Positions 55,995 through 64,000 of a stretch of DNA of 64,000 nt are shown here, in pieces. Source of the DNA: Armatimonadota bacterium (GTDB lineage Bacteria; Armatimonadota; SYMT01); NCBI GenBank assembly GCA_041690135.1, contig JAWLHY010000008.1, forward strand, positions 96,001 through 160,000, in the 5' to 3' direction. Position 1 is the first letter of the stretch, and every line of letters begins with the position of its first letter. Below the pieces are notes generated by a model. It was not told where the DNA came from, made no database searches, and saw nothing but the letters and a program-made list of their open reading frames with translations. Both the position numbers and the translations under genes were made by a program.

Positions 55995-57623
55995 ATGCAC
56001 ATTCCGGACGGCTTCTTGAGCGTGCCCGTTGCCGCTGCCACCGGGGCGGTTTCCGCCGTTTCCGTAGCGGGTGCCCTCCGCAAAATCCATCCAGAGGCGG
56101 AGACGACACTCGCCCCCCGGATGGGGCTAACCGCGGCTTACGTTTTCGCGGCGCAAATGGTCAACTTCCCCGTGGCGGCAGGTACTTCCGGCCATTTGTT
56201 GGGAGCACTTCTCGCCGCCGTGCTGCTCGGCCCGCATGCGGCGGCACTCGCGATGACCGCAGTCTTCCTGATCCAGACCTTTTTCTTCCTGGACGGCGGG
56301 CATACGGCGCTGGGGGCCAACATCCTGAACATGGGGCTGGCGGGGACCTATGGCGGGTATGCCGTCTATCGGTTGATCGCGGGACGCGCACCCCACGCAC
56401 GCCGGTGCGCGGGCGCCGCTGCCGTGGCTGCCTGGGTTTCCGTTATGCTGGGCGCCTCACTAACAGCGGCCCAGTTGGCGCTCTCCGGAGCGGTGGCGCC
56501 GGAACGGGTCTTTCCGGCAATGCTGGGGGTACACGCCCTGATTGGCCTGGGAGAGGGGGCGATCACCGCCGCGGCACTCCTCCTGCTCTGGCAGGTACGG
56601 CCGGACCTGATCACGGGCCGCAGTTCCGCGGAGCCGGCACGCCTTTCCTGGGGCGGATGGGTCCTGGCGGTTGGATTGCTGCTGGTCGCCGCCCTGGCTC
56701 CGTTCGCGTCCTCGGATCCGGACGGGTTGGAAAAAGTAGCGGAGTCATTGGGCTTCGCGGGGATCGCGCGCGACCCGGCACTGCCCGGCCCGGTGCCAGA
56801 CTATGAATTGCTGGGCTTCACGGGAGTCGCGTGGGCTCCGGCGCTCGTCAGTCTTGGAGGGGCCGCATTGATGACGCTGGCCCTGCTACCCCTGCGCGGC
56901 GTCCGGCGCATTCCGTCCTCACTGGCCCCGCGGCCGGCGCTGGCCGCCCTCGATGCCCGCGTCAAGCTGGCCGGCATACTCGGTCTTTCGTTCACGGCAG
57001 TACTCCTCCCAGCGGATCAGGCGGGCAAACTCTTCCTCCTGGCGGGGGTTGCGGCTGCGTGGGCACTAGCGTCGCGAGTTTCGTTCCGCTGGTTGGGAAG
57101 CCGCGCGCTGCTGTTACTGCCGGTGGTGGGCCTGGCCGCCCTGTCGCTGCCCCAACTGCGAGGTGAAGGGGGTGGACCCGAGCTTTCCTTCTACCTCCTG
57201 GCGTTTCTGCGCGCGGGAACATCCCTCCTGGCAACGGCGGCCTTCGCGAGTGCCACCTCCGAGCCGGAGGCAATCGCCGCAATGACCGCATTTCACCTCC
57301 CACGGACGCTTGGTCTGACCCTGGCGTTCAGCCTGAGATACCTCAAACTGCTGGTGGAGGAGGCGGGGCGGATGTTGCAGGCGCGAGCCGCGCGTTGCGG
57401 TGCCTCCGGAACGCTGGCGCTGCGGGCGCAGGCGTCAGGCGGGATCGTGGGGACACTGTTCGTGCGTAGCTATGAGCGGGCCGAACGTGTTTCCCTGGCA
57501 ATGGCGGCACGTGGTGCTCAGGGAGGGGTTCCGCTGGTTCGGCCGCGTCCGCTCTCCAGCGAAGACCGCTTGTTTCTCGTGGGGGTTGTTGCCTTCCTGC
57601 TCGGGGTCTGGTTATGGCGTTAA
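55995..57623 (+). CDS. ECF nickel transporter fusion NikM-NikN(PDGLE)-NikQ
   Basis: MHIPDGFL N-terminus, GTSGHLLG, DGG..ALGAN; FASSDPDGLEKVA...PDY; LDARVKL...RYL...ARAAR...RSYERAERV..AMAARG (T component). Confidence 0.92.
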   Translation: MHIPDGFLSVPVAAATGAVSAVSVAGALRKIHPEAETTLAPRMGLTAAYVFAAQMVNFPVAAGTSGHLLGALLAAVLLGPHAAALAMTAVFLIQTFFFLDGGHTALGANILNMGLAGTYGGYAVYRLIAGRAPHARRCAGAAAVAAWVSVMLGASLTAAQLALSGAVAPERVFPAMLGVHALIGLGEGAITAAALLLLWQVRPDLITGRSSAEPARLSWGGWVLAVGLLLVAALAPFASSDPDGLEKVAESLGFAGIARDPALPGPVPDYELLGFTGVAWAPALVSLGGAALMTLALLPLRGVRRIPSSLAPRPALAALDARVKLAGILGLSFTAVLLPADQAGKLFLLAGVAAAWALASRVSFRWLGSRALLLLPVVGLAALSLPQLRGEGGGPELSFYLLAFLRAGTSLLATAAFASATSEPEAIAAMTAFHLPRTLGLTLAFSLRYLKLLVEEAGRMLQARAARCGASGTLALRAQASGGIVGTLFVRSYERAERVSLAMAARGAQGGVPLVRPRPLSSEDRLFLVGVVAFLLGVWLWR

Positions 57624-58405
57624 CAGTATCTCTGGAAAAGGTGTCGTTCACGTATCCGGACGGCCAGGTGGCCCTTCGCGAGGTGGACCTGCATGTGCCC
57701 GCGGGGACCACCCTCGGACTGCTGGGCGCCAACGGGGCCGGTAAGTCCTCGTTGCTGCTGCAGATCAACGGGCTTCTGCGGGGTACAGGCGTCGTGCGCG
57801 TGGGGGATCTCGCCCTGAACGACAAAACGCTTCCGGATATTCGCGCCCGAGTGGGCTTTCTGTTCCAGAACCCGGACGATCAGCTTTTTATGCCCTCGGT
57901 CTACGAAGACGTCGCATTCGGCCCCCGAAATCAGGGACTTCCCGAAGCGGAGGTGACGCGACGGGTGGAACGGGCGTTGGCGGTGACCGGCATGGCGGGA
58001 CTGGCGGATCGCCCGCCGCACCATCTCTCCCTCGGCCAGAAGAAGCGGGTCGCCGTAGCCACCGTTCTGGCGATGGAGTGCGAGGCCTTGATCCTGGACG
58101 AACCGACCAGTGGGCTAGACCCGCGGGGCCGGCGGGAGTTGGCCCGGTTCCTGATGGATCTCGGCCTGACCGCCCTCATCGCCACGCATGATCTGGAGTT
58201 TGCCGCGGAGTTATGCGACCGCGTGGCCGTGCTGGCCGAAGGGCGAATCGTGGCGCAAGGCGATCCGCACGAGGTGATGGGGGATGCCGCCTTGATGGAG
58301 CGGACCGGCCTGGAAGTGCCCCACAGCCTTCGCTACCATGCCCCCGGCATCCCCCATGAACATGTGGCCGGTCAGAAGAGCTCGCGGTCTCGCGATACGA
58401 TCTGA
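57614..58405 (+). CDS. ECF transporter ATPase (NikO/CbiO)
   Basis: GANGAGKS, FQNPDDQLF, LSLGQKKR, LDEP, ATHD. Confidence 0.95.
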   Translation: MALTVSLEKVSFTYPDGQVALREVDLHVPAGTTLGLLGANGAGKSSLLLQINGLLRGTGVVRVGDLALNDKTLPDIRARVGFLFQNPDDQLFMPSVYEDVAFGPRNQGLPEAEVTRRVERALAVTGMAGLADRPPHHLSLGQKKRVAVATVLAMECEALILDEPTSGLDPRGRRELARFLMDLGLTALIATHDLEFAAELCDRVAVLAEGRIVAQGDPHEVMGDAALMERTGLEVPHSLRYHAPGIPHEHVAGQKSSRSRDTI

Positions 58406-58758
58406 AGCAGGTTGCCTTCCGGATCGTGGAAGAAGGCGATCTGCCCGCCGCCGGCCGCCGGAGCCGCGGCGGTAAGACCCAGGACCTTCCCTTCGAGGGC
58501 GGCGTAGGCTGCTTCGAAGTCCTCTACCCGCAGCGCGATGTGGCGGATTCCCGGGTCCAGCGGCTGGTGCTCGACCACCTTACCGCCGTTGTCCGGCATG
58601 ATCTCAAGCACCGCTCCCATGCTTCCACCGACCAGATAGGTCGGCTGTTCTTTGCCGTTGTCGAAAAGGATCCGCATCCCCAGGATCTCACAGTACCACT
58701 GCCCCAGCGCGCGCGAGTCCCTCGCCGCAATCGCCACGTGATCGACACCCGTAACCAT
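58372..58758 (-). CDS. VOC/glyoxalase family protein
   Basis: VDHVAIAA...WY...LG, RHIALRVEDF, FFHDPEGNLLQI. Confidence 0.92.
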   Translation of the reverse strand: MVTGVDHVAIAARDSRALGQWYCEILGMRILFDNGKEQPTYLVGGSMGAVLEIMPDNGGKVVEHQPLDPGIRHIALRVEDFEAAYAALEGKVLGLTAAAPAAGGGQIAFFHDPEGNLLQIVSRDRELF

Positions 58759-58794
58759 GCTCGTACCTTTCTTGAGTGAATATCGGGGGGTCCG

Positions 58795-59727
58795 TCAGGA
58801 CTCCCGGTGGTAGACCTCCACCCGGTACAGATCTCTGGCGATCCGGGTATTGGGGAAAATGGCCCGTGCCTGGGCCAGGAGAGGGGACACGTCCTGATAG
58901 CGCGGGGAGAGATGGGTGATCACCAACTGCCGAACCCCGGCGTCGCGGGCGACCTCCGCGGCCTGCGCCACTGTCGAGTGCCCCTTTCGGCGCGCCTCTC
59001 CGGGCATCGTGGCATCAAAGGTCCCTTCGTAGATCAGCAGGTCGGCGTCGCGAGCGAGCTCCAGGGCACTCTGGCAGGGGCGAGTATCCGTGCAGTAGGC
59101 CAGCACGGCGCCGGGACGGGTGGGGCCGAGCACCTGCTCTGGTCGCACTTCGCGGCCGTCGGGAAGGGTAACCGCCTCCCCTCGCTGCAGCCTTCCGAAG
59201 AGCGGGCCTTCCGGAACACCCAGCGAACGAGCCGTCGGCACGTCGAACCGACCCGGGCGCGAAAACTCCTCCAGCCGGAACCCAAAACAAAAGAGACGGT
59301 GGTCGAGGGGGGCGGCCGTCAGACGGTACGCCTCGGTCTCCCGGAAGACGGTCGGGCCGTGTTCCTCTTGGAGTTGGAGCGGGTATCCGAACTGGGTGTG
59401 GAGTGCCCGGCGATTGCACCGCACGTACTCGCCGAGCCCCACGGGACCGTAAAGCTCCACCGGCTCGGTGCGGTCGGCCATCTGGAGGGACATCAGGAGG
59501 CCCATGAGGCCGGTGACATGGTCTCCGTGCAGATGAGAGATGGCGATTGCCGTGAGCGGAGCGAAACCGAGGCCGGCGCGGCGATACTGGATCTGCGCAG
59601 CCTCCCCGCAGTCGAACAGGAATAACTCTCCCTGCCGCTGGACTGCTACGCACGCCAGGTTCCGTTCCAGGCTCGGCGTTCCACTTCCGGTGCCGAGAAA
59701 TGTAACCGTGAGAGCGGGAGCAGTCAA
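58795..59727 (-). CDS. rnz: Ribonuclease Z
   Basis: FLGTGSGTPSLERN, FDCGE, SHLHGDH, flexible arm GVPEGPLFGRLQRG, YCTDTRP, GHST, THLSPRY. TTG start assumed (alternative 59811). Confidence 0.95.
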   Translation of the reverse strand: MTAPALTVTFLGTGSGTPSLERNLACVAVQRQGELFLFDCGEAAQIQYRRAGLGFAPLTAIAISHLHGDHVTGLMGLLMSLQMADRTEPVELYGPVGLGEYVRCNRRALHTQFGYPLQLQEEHGPTVFRETEAYRLTAAPLDHRLFCFGFRLEEFSRPGRFDVPTARSLGVPEGPLFGRLQRGEAVTLPDGREVRPEQVLGPTRPGAVLAYCTDTRPCQSALELARDADLLIYEGTFDATMPGEARRKGHSTVAQAAEVARDAGVRQLVITHLSPRYQDVSPLLAQARAIFPNTRIARDLYRVEVYHRES

Positions 59728-59922
59728 CGCGAACTCCGAAAAGCGATGAGGAAGAAGGCGGGCGAGGGCAGCCAAAGACGCCGAGCTCTCCCAGGCAGGG
59801 CGCGGCAGCATGATAGCACCGGTTGGCCGCTCCAGACCAGCAGCATGATCCTGCTGGTTTGACGCGGCTGCCGGTTGGGGCTACACTTCCCTGGCTCCGT
59901 CGTTACGTGAAAGGACAGTTCC

Positions 59923-60870
59923 TTGGCCGTGATCCTCGTTACCGGCTCCGCCGGCTTCATTGGTTCGCATGTGGTCGAACGCCTCCTGAGCCGCGGCGAC
60001 ACCGTGGTGGGCCTGGATAATTTCGACGACTTCTATGCGCGTCCGATTAAAGAACGGAATCTGGAAGTCGCTCGTGCCCACCCGGGTTACCAGCACTTCG
60101 AGGCGGACCTGCGTGATGCGGAAGCCATGGAACGGCTTTTTGCGACCCATCGACCGGAGAAGGTCATTCATCTGGCCGCCAAGGCCGGGGTCCGCCCCTC
60201 CATTCAGGATCCGGCGCGCTACGTCGAAACGAACGTCAACGGGACTGTCAACCTCCTCCAGGCGTGCCGGAACTACCCGGTCGCCCACTTCGTCTTTGCC
60301 TCATCCTCGTCCGTGTATGGCGACCGGGCGACCGTGCCTTTCCGCGAATCCGATTGTACCGACGAGCCGGCCTCTCCCTATGCAGCTACCAAGAAAGCAG
60401 GGGAGCTCTTGCTTTATACCTACCACCAATTGCAGTCGCTACCCGTCACCTGTCTGCGTTTCTTTACGGTGTTTGGACCCCGTCAGCGACCGGATCTGGC
60501 CATCAACAAATTCGTTCGCCTGATCGAAAAGGGTGAGCCGATACCCTTTTTCGGCGACGGCTCGACGCGGCGCGATTATACGTACATCGACGATACGGTT
60601 GACGGCATCCTGGCGGCTCTGGAGCGCCCCCGAGGCTACCAGATCTACAACCTGGGCCGCAGCAATCCCGTAACGCTGCGGGAGATGGTGGAAACGTTGG
60701 AGCGGGTATTGGGGAAGCCCGCGCTGATCGACCGGCAGCCAGACCAGCCGGGCGACGTGCGGGCGACCTACGCCGATGTCCGCAGAGCGCAGGAAGAATT
60801 GGGATACGCGCCGCGGATCTCCTTCGAAGAAGGTATCCGTCGTTTCGTGGCGTGGTCCCGTAGCCTCTAG
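59923..60870 (+). CDS. NAD-dependent nucleotide-sugar epimerase (UDP-glucuronate 4-epimerase-like)
   Basis: TGSAGFIGS, HLAAKAGVR, ASSSSVYG, YAATKK, RFFTVFGP..RPD, RDYTYIDD. Confidence 0.92.
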   Translation: MAVILVTGSAGFIGSHVVERLLSRGDTVVGLDNFDDFYARPIKERNLEVARAHPGYQHFEADLRDAEAMERLFATHRPEKVIHLAAKAGVRPSIQDPARYVETNVNGTVNLLQACRNYPVAHFVFASSSSVYGDRATVPFRESDCTDEPASPYAATKKAGELLLYTYHQLQSLPVTCLRFFTVFGPRQRPDLAINKFVRLIEKGEPIPFFGDGSTRRDYTYIDDTVDGILAALERPRGYQIYNLGRSNPVTLREMVETLERVLGKPALIDRQPDQPGDVRATYADVRRAQEELGYAPRISFEEGIRRFVAWSRSL

Positions 60871-60893
60871 CCATCCGCGACACGATGGATCAA

Positions 60894-60934
60894 AGAAAAA
60901 AGGGGGAGAGTGCCCACCGGCACTCTCCCCCTTT
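60894..60934. terminator. Bidirectional terminator
   Basis: AAAGGGGGAGAGTGCC-CACC-GGCACTCTCCCCCTTT with flanking A and T tracts. Confidence 0.88.
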
Positions 60935-60954
60935 GTGGTTTTTGTCGTCCGGGC

Positions 60955-63900
60955 CTACCGCCGTCCCTTTCCTGTCAGGATGGCTGTGAGGGATCCCTTC
61001 TTGGCATCCGAACTCGTGATTGCCAGGGAAGCCCGCTGCGCACCCGGAACCGTAGGTTCAAACACCAGGGTGACGGTGTGGGACTCCCCGGCAGCCAACT
61101 GGAAGGCTCCTCCCCCCTCCGTCACGCGGAACACTCCGGTGAGGCTCCCCACCGATACCGCAAGTGGCCCAAATCCCACGTTGGTGATCTTCAGCGTGCG
61201 CGTTCGCTCCGTACCCACTTTGGCGGGGCCGAAATTCACCCGCGCGGGCTGGAGCCGGATCCTACCACCGGAGGGAAGAGCAATCCCGGCCTCGTTCGAG
61301 GGCGCGGAGTCACCGCCGGCGTTTCGAGCTTTAACCCGGTACGTGAAGCTGGTATTGGGGGTCAGGCTGCTGTCGACAAAGGTAGTGACCCCGGATCCCA
61401 ACTCTCGAAGCAGGACGAAGATACCGTCACCCTGCTTGCGTTCGATCTTGAAGTGCGTTTCGTTGAGGCTGTTGTCACTCCAGTTCAACCGGACGCTGGA
61501 CCCGGAGGCAACGGCAACCGTGAGATTCCCCGGAGCCGCGGGGACCGTGGGCGGAGTGGTGGTGCTGGCCAGGTTGCTGTATTCGGAGTTGCCCCCCGCA
61601 TTGAATGCGCGGATCCGGTAGATGTAGGTCTCCAATGGCGAAACGCCACTGTCGTGGTACTCGGTCACGTTCGCGCCGACGGTACCCACCACCGCGAAAG
61701 GCACGGTGGCCGATCGTCGCTCGATCGAGAAGTGGGTCTCATTCGAGCTTTGATCGGTCCAGGTCAGCTTCACGAGTGAACCGGAAGCAAACGCGACCCG
61801 GAGTCCCTGGGGCGTACCGGGCGGCAATGCCGTGGTGGTCACCGTTTGAGTTTCGGTGTAACTGGAGGGGCCCCCCAATCCCACGGCCTTGACGCGGTAC
61901 GAGTAGGTGGTCTCCGCCGAAAGTCCCGTGTCCGTAAAGGTGGTACTGCTGGCGCCCAGGGTTTCGATCTCCAGGAAGCTGCCATCCTCGACGCGCCGTT
62001 CCACCACATAGCCCGTCTCGATATCGCTGTTGTCAGTCCACGCCAGGTTCACCTGGGTACTGGAAAGCACGGTAGCGATGAGATCGGTGGGAGCGAGAGG
62101 GGGATTGGGCGGCGTCGCCACGCTCGCCTCATTGGAGAATGGCGACGTTCCCCCCACGTTGAGGGCCACCACGCGGTACGTGTAGGAGTTATTGGGCTCC
62201 ACCGTTAGGTCCGAATGGCTCGTCTGGTTGGCTCCCACTTCTACCAACAAGGTGAACGGATTGCTGCCGACCCGCCGCTCCACGCGGAAGCCCGTTTCGT
62301 CCTGGCTGACGTCCGTCCAGTTCAGATCGATGCGTCCTTGCGAAACCGCGGTAGCCGTCAGGCTTGCAGGCGCCCCGGGAGGGTTCGGCGGCGTGGTGGC
62401 GCTGGCTTCCTCCGAGTACTCGGAATCCCCGCCGGGATTGAACGCCCGCACCCGGTAAGTCACGGCAGTGTTGGCCGGCGCCAGGTCATCCGTAAAGGTG
62501 AGCTGGTTGGCGGAGAGGGAAGCGATCTGCAGGAACCGACCCAGCCCGAACCGACGTTCCACCTTGAAGCCGGTCTCGTTATTGGCGTTGTCCTTCCAAC
62601 TCAGCGCAACCTGGGTGCTGGAAGTAGCGATGGCCTTCAACTCGCTCGGGGCACTCGGCCGCATCGGCAGCGTGCTCCCAACGGCAGTGACCGGGTCCGA
62701 GGCGCCGTCCGCGTTGACGGCGCGTACCTGGTAAATATACGCCGTAGCGGGGGCCAGGTTGGAGTCGATGAAGGTCGTGCTGTTGGCCGGCGCGGTTCCG
62801 ACCGGCACGTAGTCCGTCAGTTCCGTCCTTCGCACGATCTCGTATTCCGTTTCATTCGTAGCTTGATCCACCCAGAACAAAAGCAGTTCGGACGGGGAGA
62901 GCGTGCTGACGGAGAAATCGGTCGGGCTCTGCGGCGGGTTGGGGAACGTCTTCGCCTCCGCATCGCTGGAGTAAGCTGAAACTCCAAACTGGTTCACCGC
63001 ACGCACCCGGTAAATGTATTTGGTGTTGGAAGCGAGGAGGGTGTCCAAGAAGGTGACGATGTTCGATTCGACCGTGGCGATGAGGCCGAAGGTGGTGCCC
63101 TCGGTGCGCCGCTCGATCTGGAACACGTCCTCGTTGTTCGAACCGTCCCGCCAGTTCAGAGAGATCTGCGAGATACCCACCGCCGTAGCCGTGAGCCCCG
63201 TCGGCGCCCGCGGTGGGCTCGGCGGATCGCTGATCTTACAGACGAATGCATCCTTTGGGCCGCCGCGGTAGAAAGCGCCGAAGTACTCGTTCGGTCCCGT
63301 GACCGGGTTGACCACCGGCCAGTTGGTGGAAACCGTTACCCCAGCCACGTAGGCATCGCCATTCGCATCGACTTCCAACGCGTGCCCCGTCTCCCGGCCG
63401 AGTCCGCCTCCCCCCAGGTAGGTGGAATAGGTGATGGCGGTGCCGGTGGCATTCAGCTTGGTGACGAAGCAGTCGATCCCCCCACCGAAGAGAGCCTGGT
63501 GCGGGTTGCGCGTGTGCATATCGCGGGACCAGGTATCTCCGGAGAGCCAGACATTTCCGTTGCCGTCCACCCCAAGGGAGCGTCCCGTTTCGAAGCTGTT
63601 TCCTCCGAAATACGTTGAGAACGCGAGGGTCAACCCGGAGGGGTTAAACTTGGTCACAAACGCGTCGCTGATTCCGCCTCGAGTGATGTCGTACGCGTTG
63701 GGGCTTATCGGGAAGTTGGCGGAACCCGCTTCTCCCACGACGTAGACATTCCCGGCGGCGTCGACCTCAATGTCGTAACCCATGTCCGACGATTGTCCGC
63801 CGAGATAGGTGGAGAACACAAGGGATTGTCCGGAGGGGTGGACCTTAGTGACGAAGGCGTCCGTCTGACCCGCGTTCCCAGCCTGGTACGCGCTTGCCGT

Positions 63901-63999
63901 AGGGAAATCCTGTGAGTTGGTGGCGCCAATGAGGTAGGCGTTTCCGGCGGCATCCACAGCCAGTCCGTTGTTCACGTCGTTCCCCTGGCCGCCCAGGTA
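60955..63999 (-). CDS. Large surface protein (5' end outside window): SBBP beta-propeller repeats + 7 FN3 domains + C-terminal ASH/choice-of-anchor-D-like Ig domain
   Basis: STYLGG...AVDxxGNxYxxG...DAFVTK repeats; seven P.AP..L......W.D.S.NE..F..ER...Y.YRV.A.N.GG.S units; VNFG...ITNVG...V.FEP tail. The frame stays open to the window edge. Confidence 0.92.
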   Translation of the reverse strand, partial: YLGGQGNDVNNGLAVDAAGNAYLIGATNSQDFPTASAYQAGNAGQTDAFVTKVHPSGQSLVFSTYLGGQSSDMGYDIEVDAAGNVYVVGEAGSANFPISPNAYDITRGGISDAFVTKFNPSGLTLAFSTYFGGNSFETGRSLGVDGNGNVWLSGDTWSRDMHTRNPHQALFGGGIDCFVTKLNATGTAITYSTYLGGGGLGRETGHALEVDANGDAYVAGVTVSTNWPVVNPVTGPNEYFGAFYRGGPKDAFVCKISDPPSPPRAPTGLTATAVGISQISLNWRDGSNNEDVFQIERRTEGTTFGLIATVESNIVTFLDTLLASNTKYIYRVRAVNQFGVSAYSSDAEAKTFPNPPQSPTDFSVSTLSPSELLLFWVDQATNETEYEIVRRTELTDYVPVGTAPANSTTFIDSNLAPATAYIYQVRAVNADGASDPVTAVGSTLPMRPSAPSELKAIATSSTQVALSWKDNANNETGFKVERRFGLGRFLQIASLSANQLTFTDDLAPANTAVTYRVRAFNPGGDSEYSEEASATTPPNPPGAPASLTATAVSQGRIDLNWTDVSQDETGFRVERRVGSNPFTLLVEVGANQTSHSDLTVEPNNSYTYRVVALNVGGTSPFSNEASVATPPNPPLAPTDLIATVLSSTQVNLAWTDNSDIETGYVVERRVEDGSFLEIETLGASSTTFTDTGLSAETTYSYRVKAVGLGGPSSYTETQTVTTTALPPGTPQGLRVAFASGSLVKLTWTDQSSNETHFSIERRSATVPFAVVGTVGANVTEYHDSGVSPLETYIYRIRAFNAGGNSEYSNLASTTTPPTVPAAPGNLTVAVASGSSVRLNWSDNSLNETHFKIERKQGDGIFVLLRELGSGVTTFVDSSLTPNTSFTYRVKARNAGGDSAPSNEAGIALPSGGRIRLQPARVNFGPAKVGTERTRTLKITNVGFGPLAVSVGSLTGVFRVTEGGGAFQLAAGESHTVTLVFEPTVPGAQRASLAITSSDAKKGSLTAILTGKGRR

Positions 64000-64000
64000 G

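Overview
GC-rich bacterial chromosomal window. It is most likely Armatimonadota, inferred from two '[33 protein letters not shown]...H-X9-DG' DUF1559-type pilin-like genes. I see no rRNA, tRNA, CRISPR array, transposase or prophage gene. The main discovery is a compact 13-gene, ~11.8 kb cluster (6658-18481, + strand). It combines a dissociated (type II) fatty-acid-synthase toolkit (Cys-containing KS, FabG, FabZ, FabL-like enoyl reductases, one GANS-type ACP) with a polyketide beta-branching cassette (HMG-synthase-like, ECH1, ECH2). It also has a COG2907-type flavoprotein, a serine-palmitoyltransferase-like alpha-oxoamine synthase and a KDSR-like reductase, but no modular PKS. I infer that it makes a methyl-branched sphingoid-like aminolipid. 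Three related hybrid histidine kinases and an O-methyltransferase flank it. A second accessory block (24553-34914) is a GntR-centred catabolic-looking locus: two BNR/sialidase-like proteins, two PhyH dioxygenases, class III and IV aminotransferases, an amidohydrolase, and a DUF1559 pilin-like/lipoprotein pair. The right half is mostly housekeeping: dual-domain PTPS-folE, lipA, an A-type Fe-S carrier, an atypical Hfq with a long RG-rich tail, coaB, Crp, a Cho-like nuclease, nikR with a NikMNQ fusion and NikO, rnz, and an SBBP/FN3 surface protein. It also holds a candidate sigmaE-type-promoter small RNA (about 48460-48523) beside the coaB-hfq genes. All family assignments come from motif recognition by eye, not database searches.
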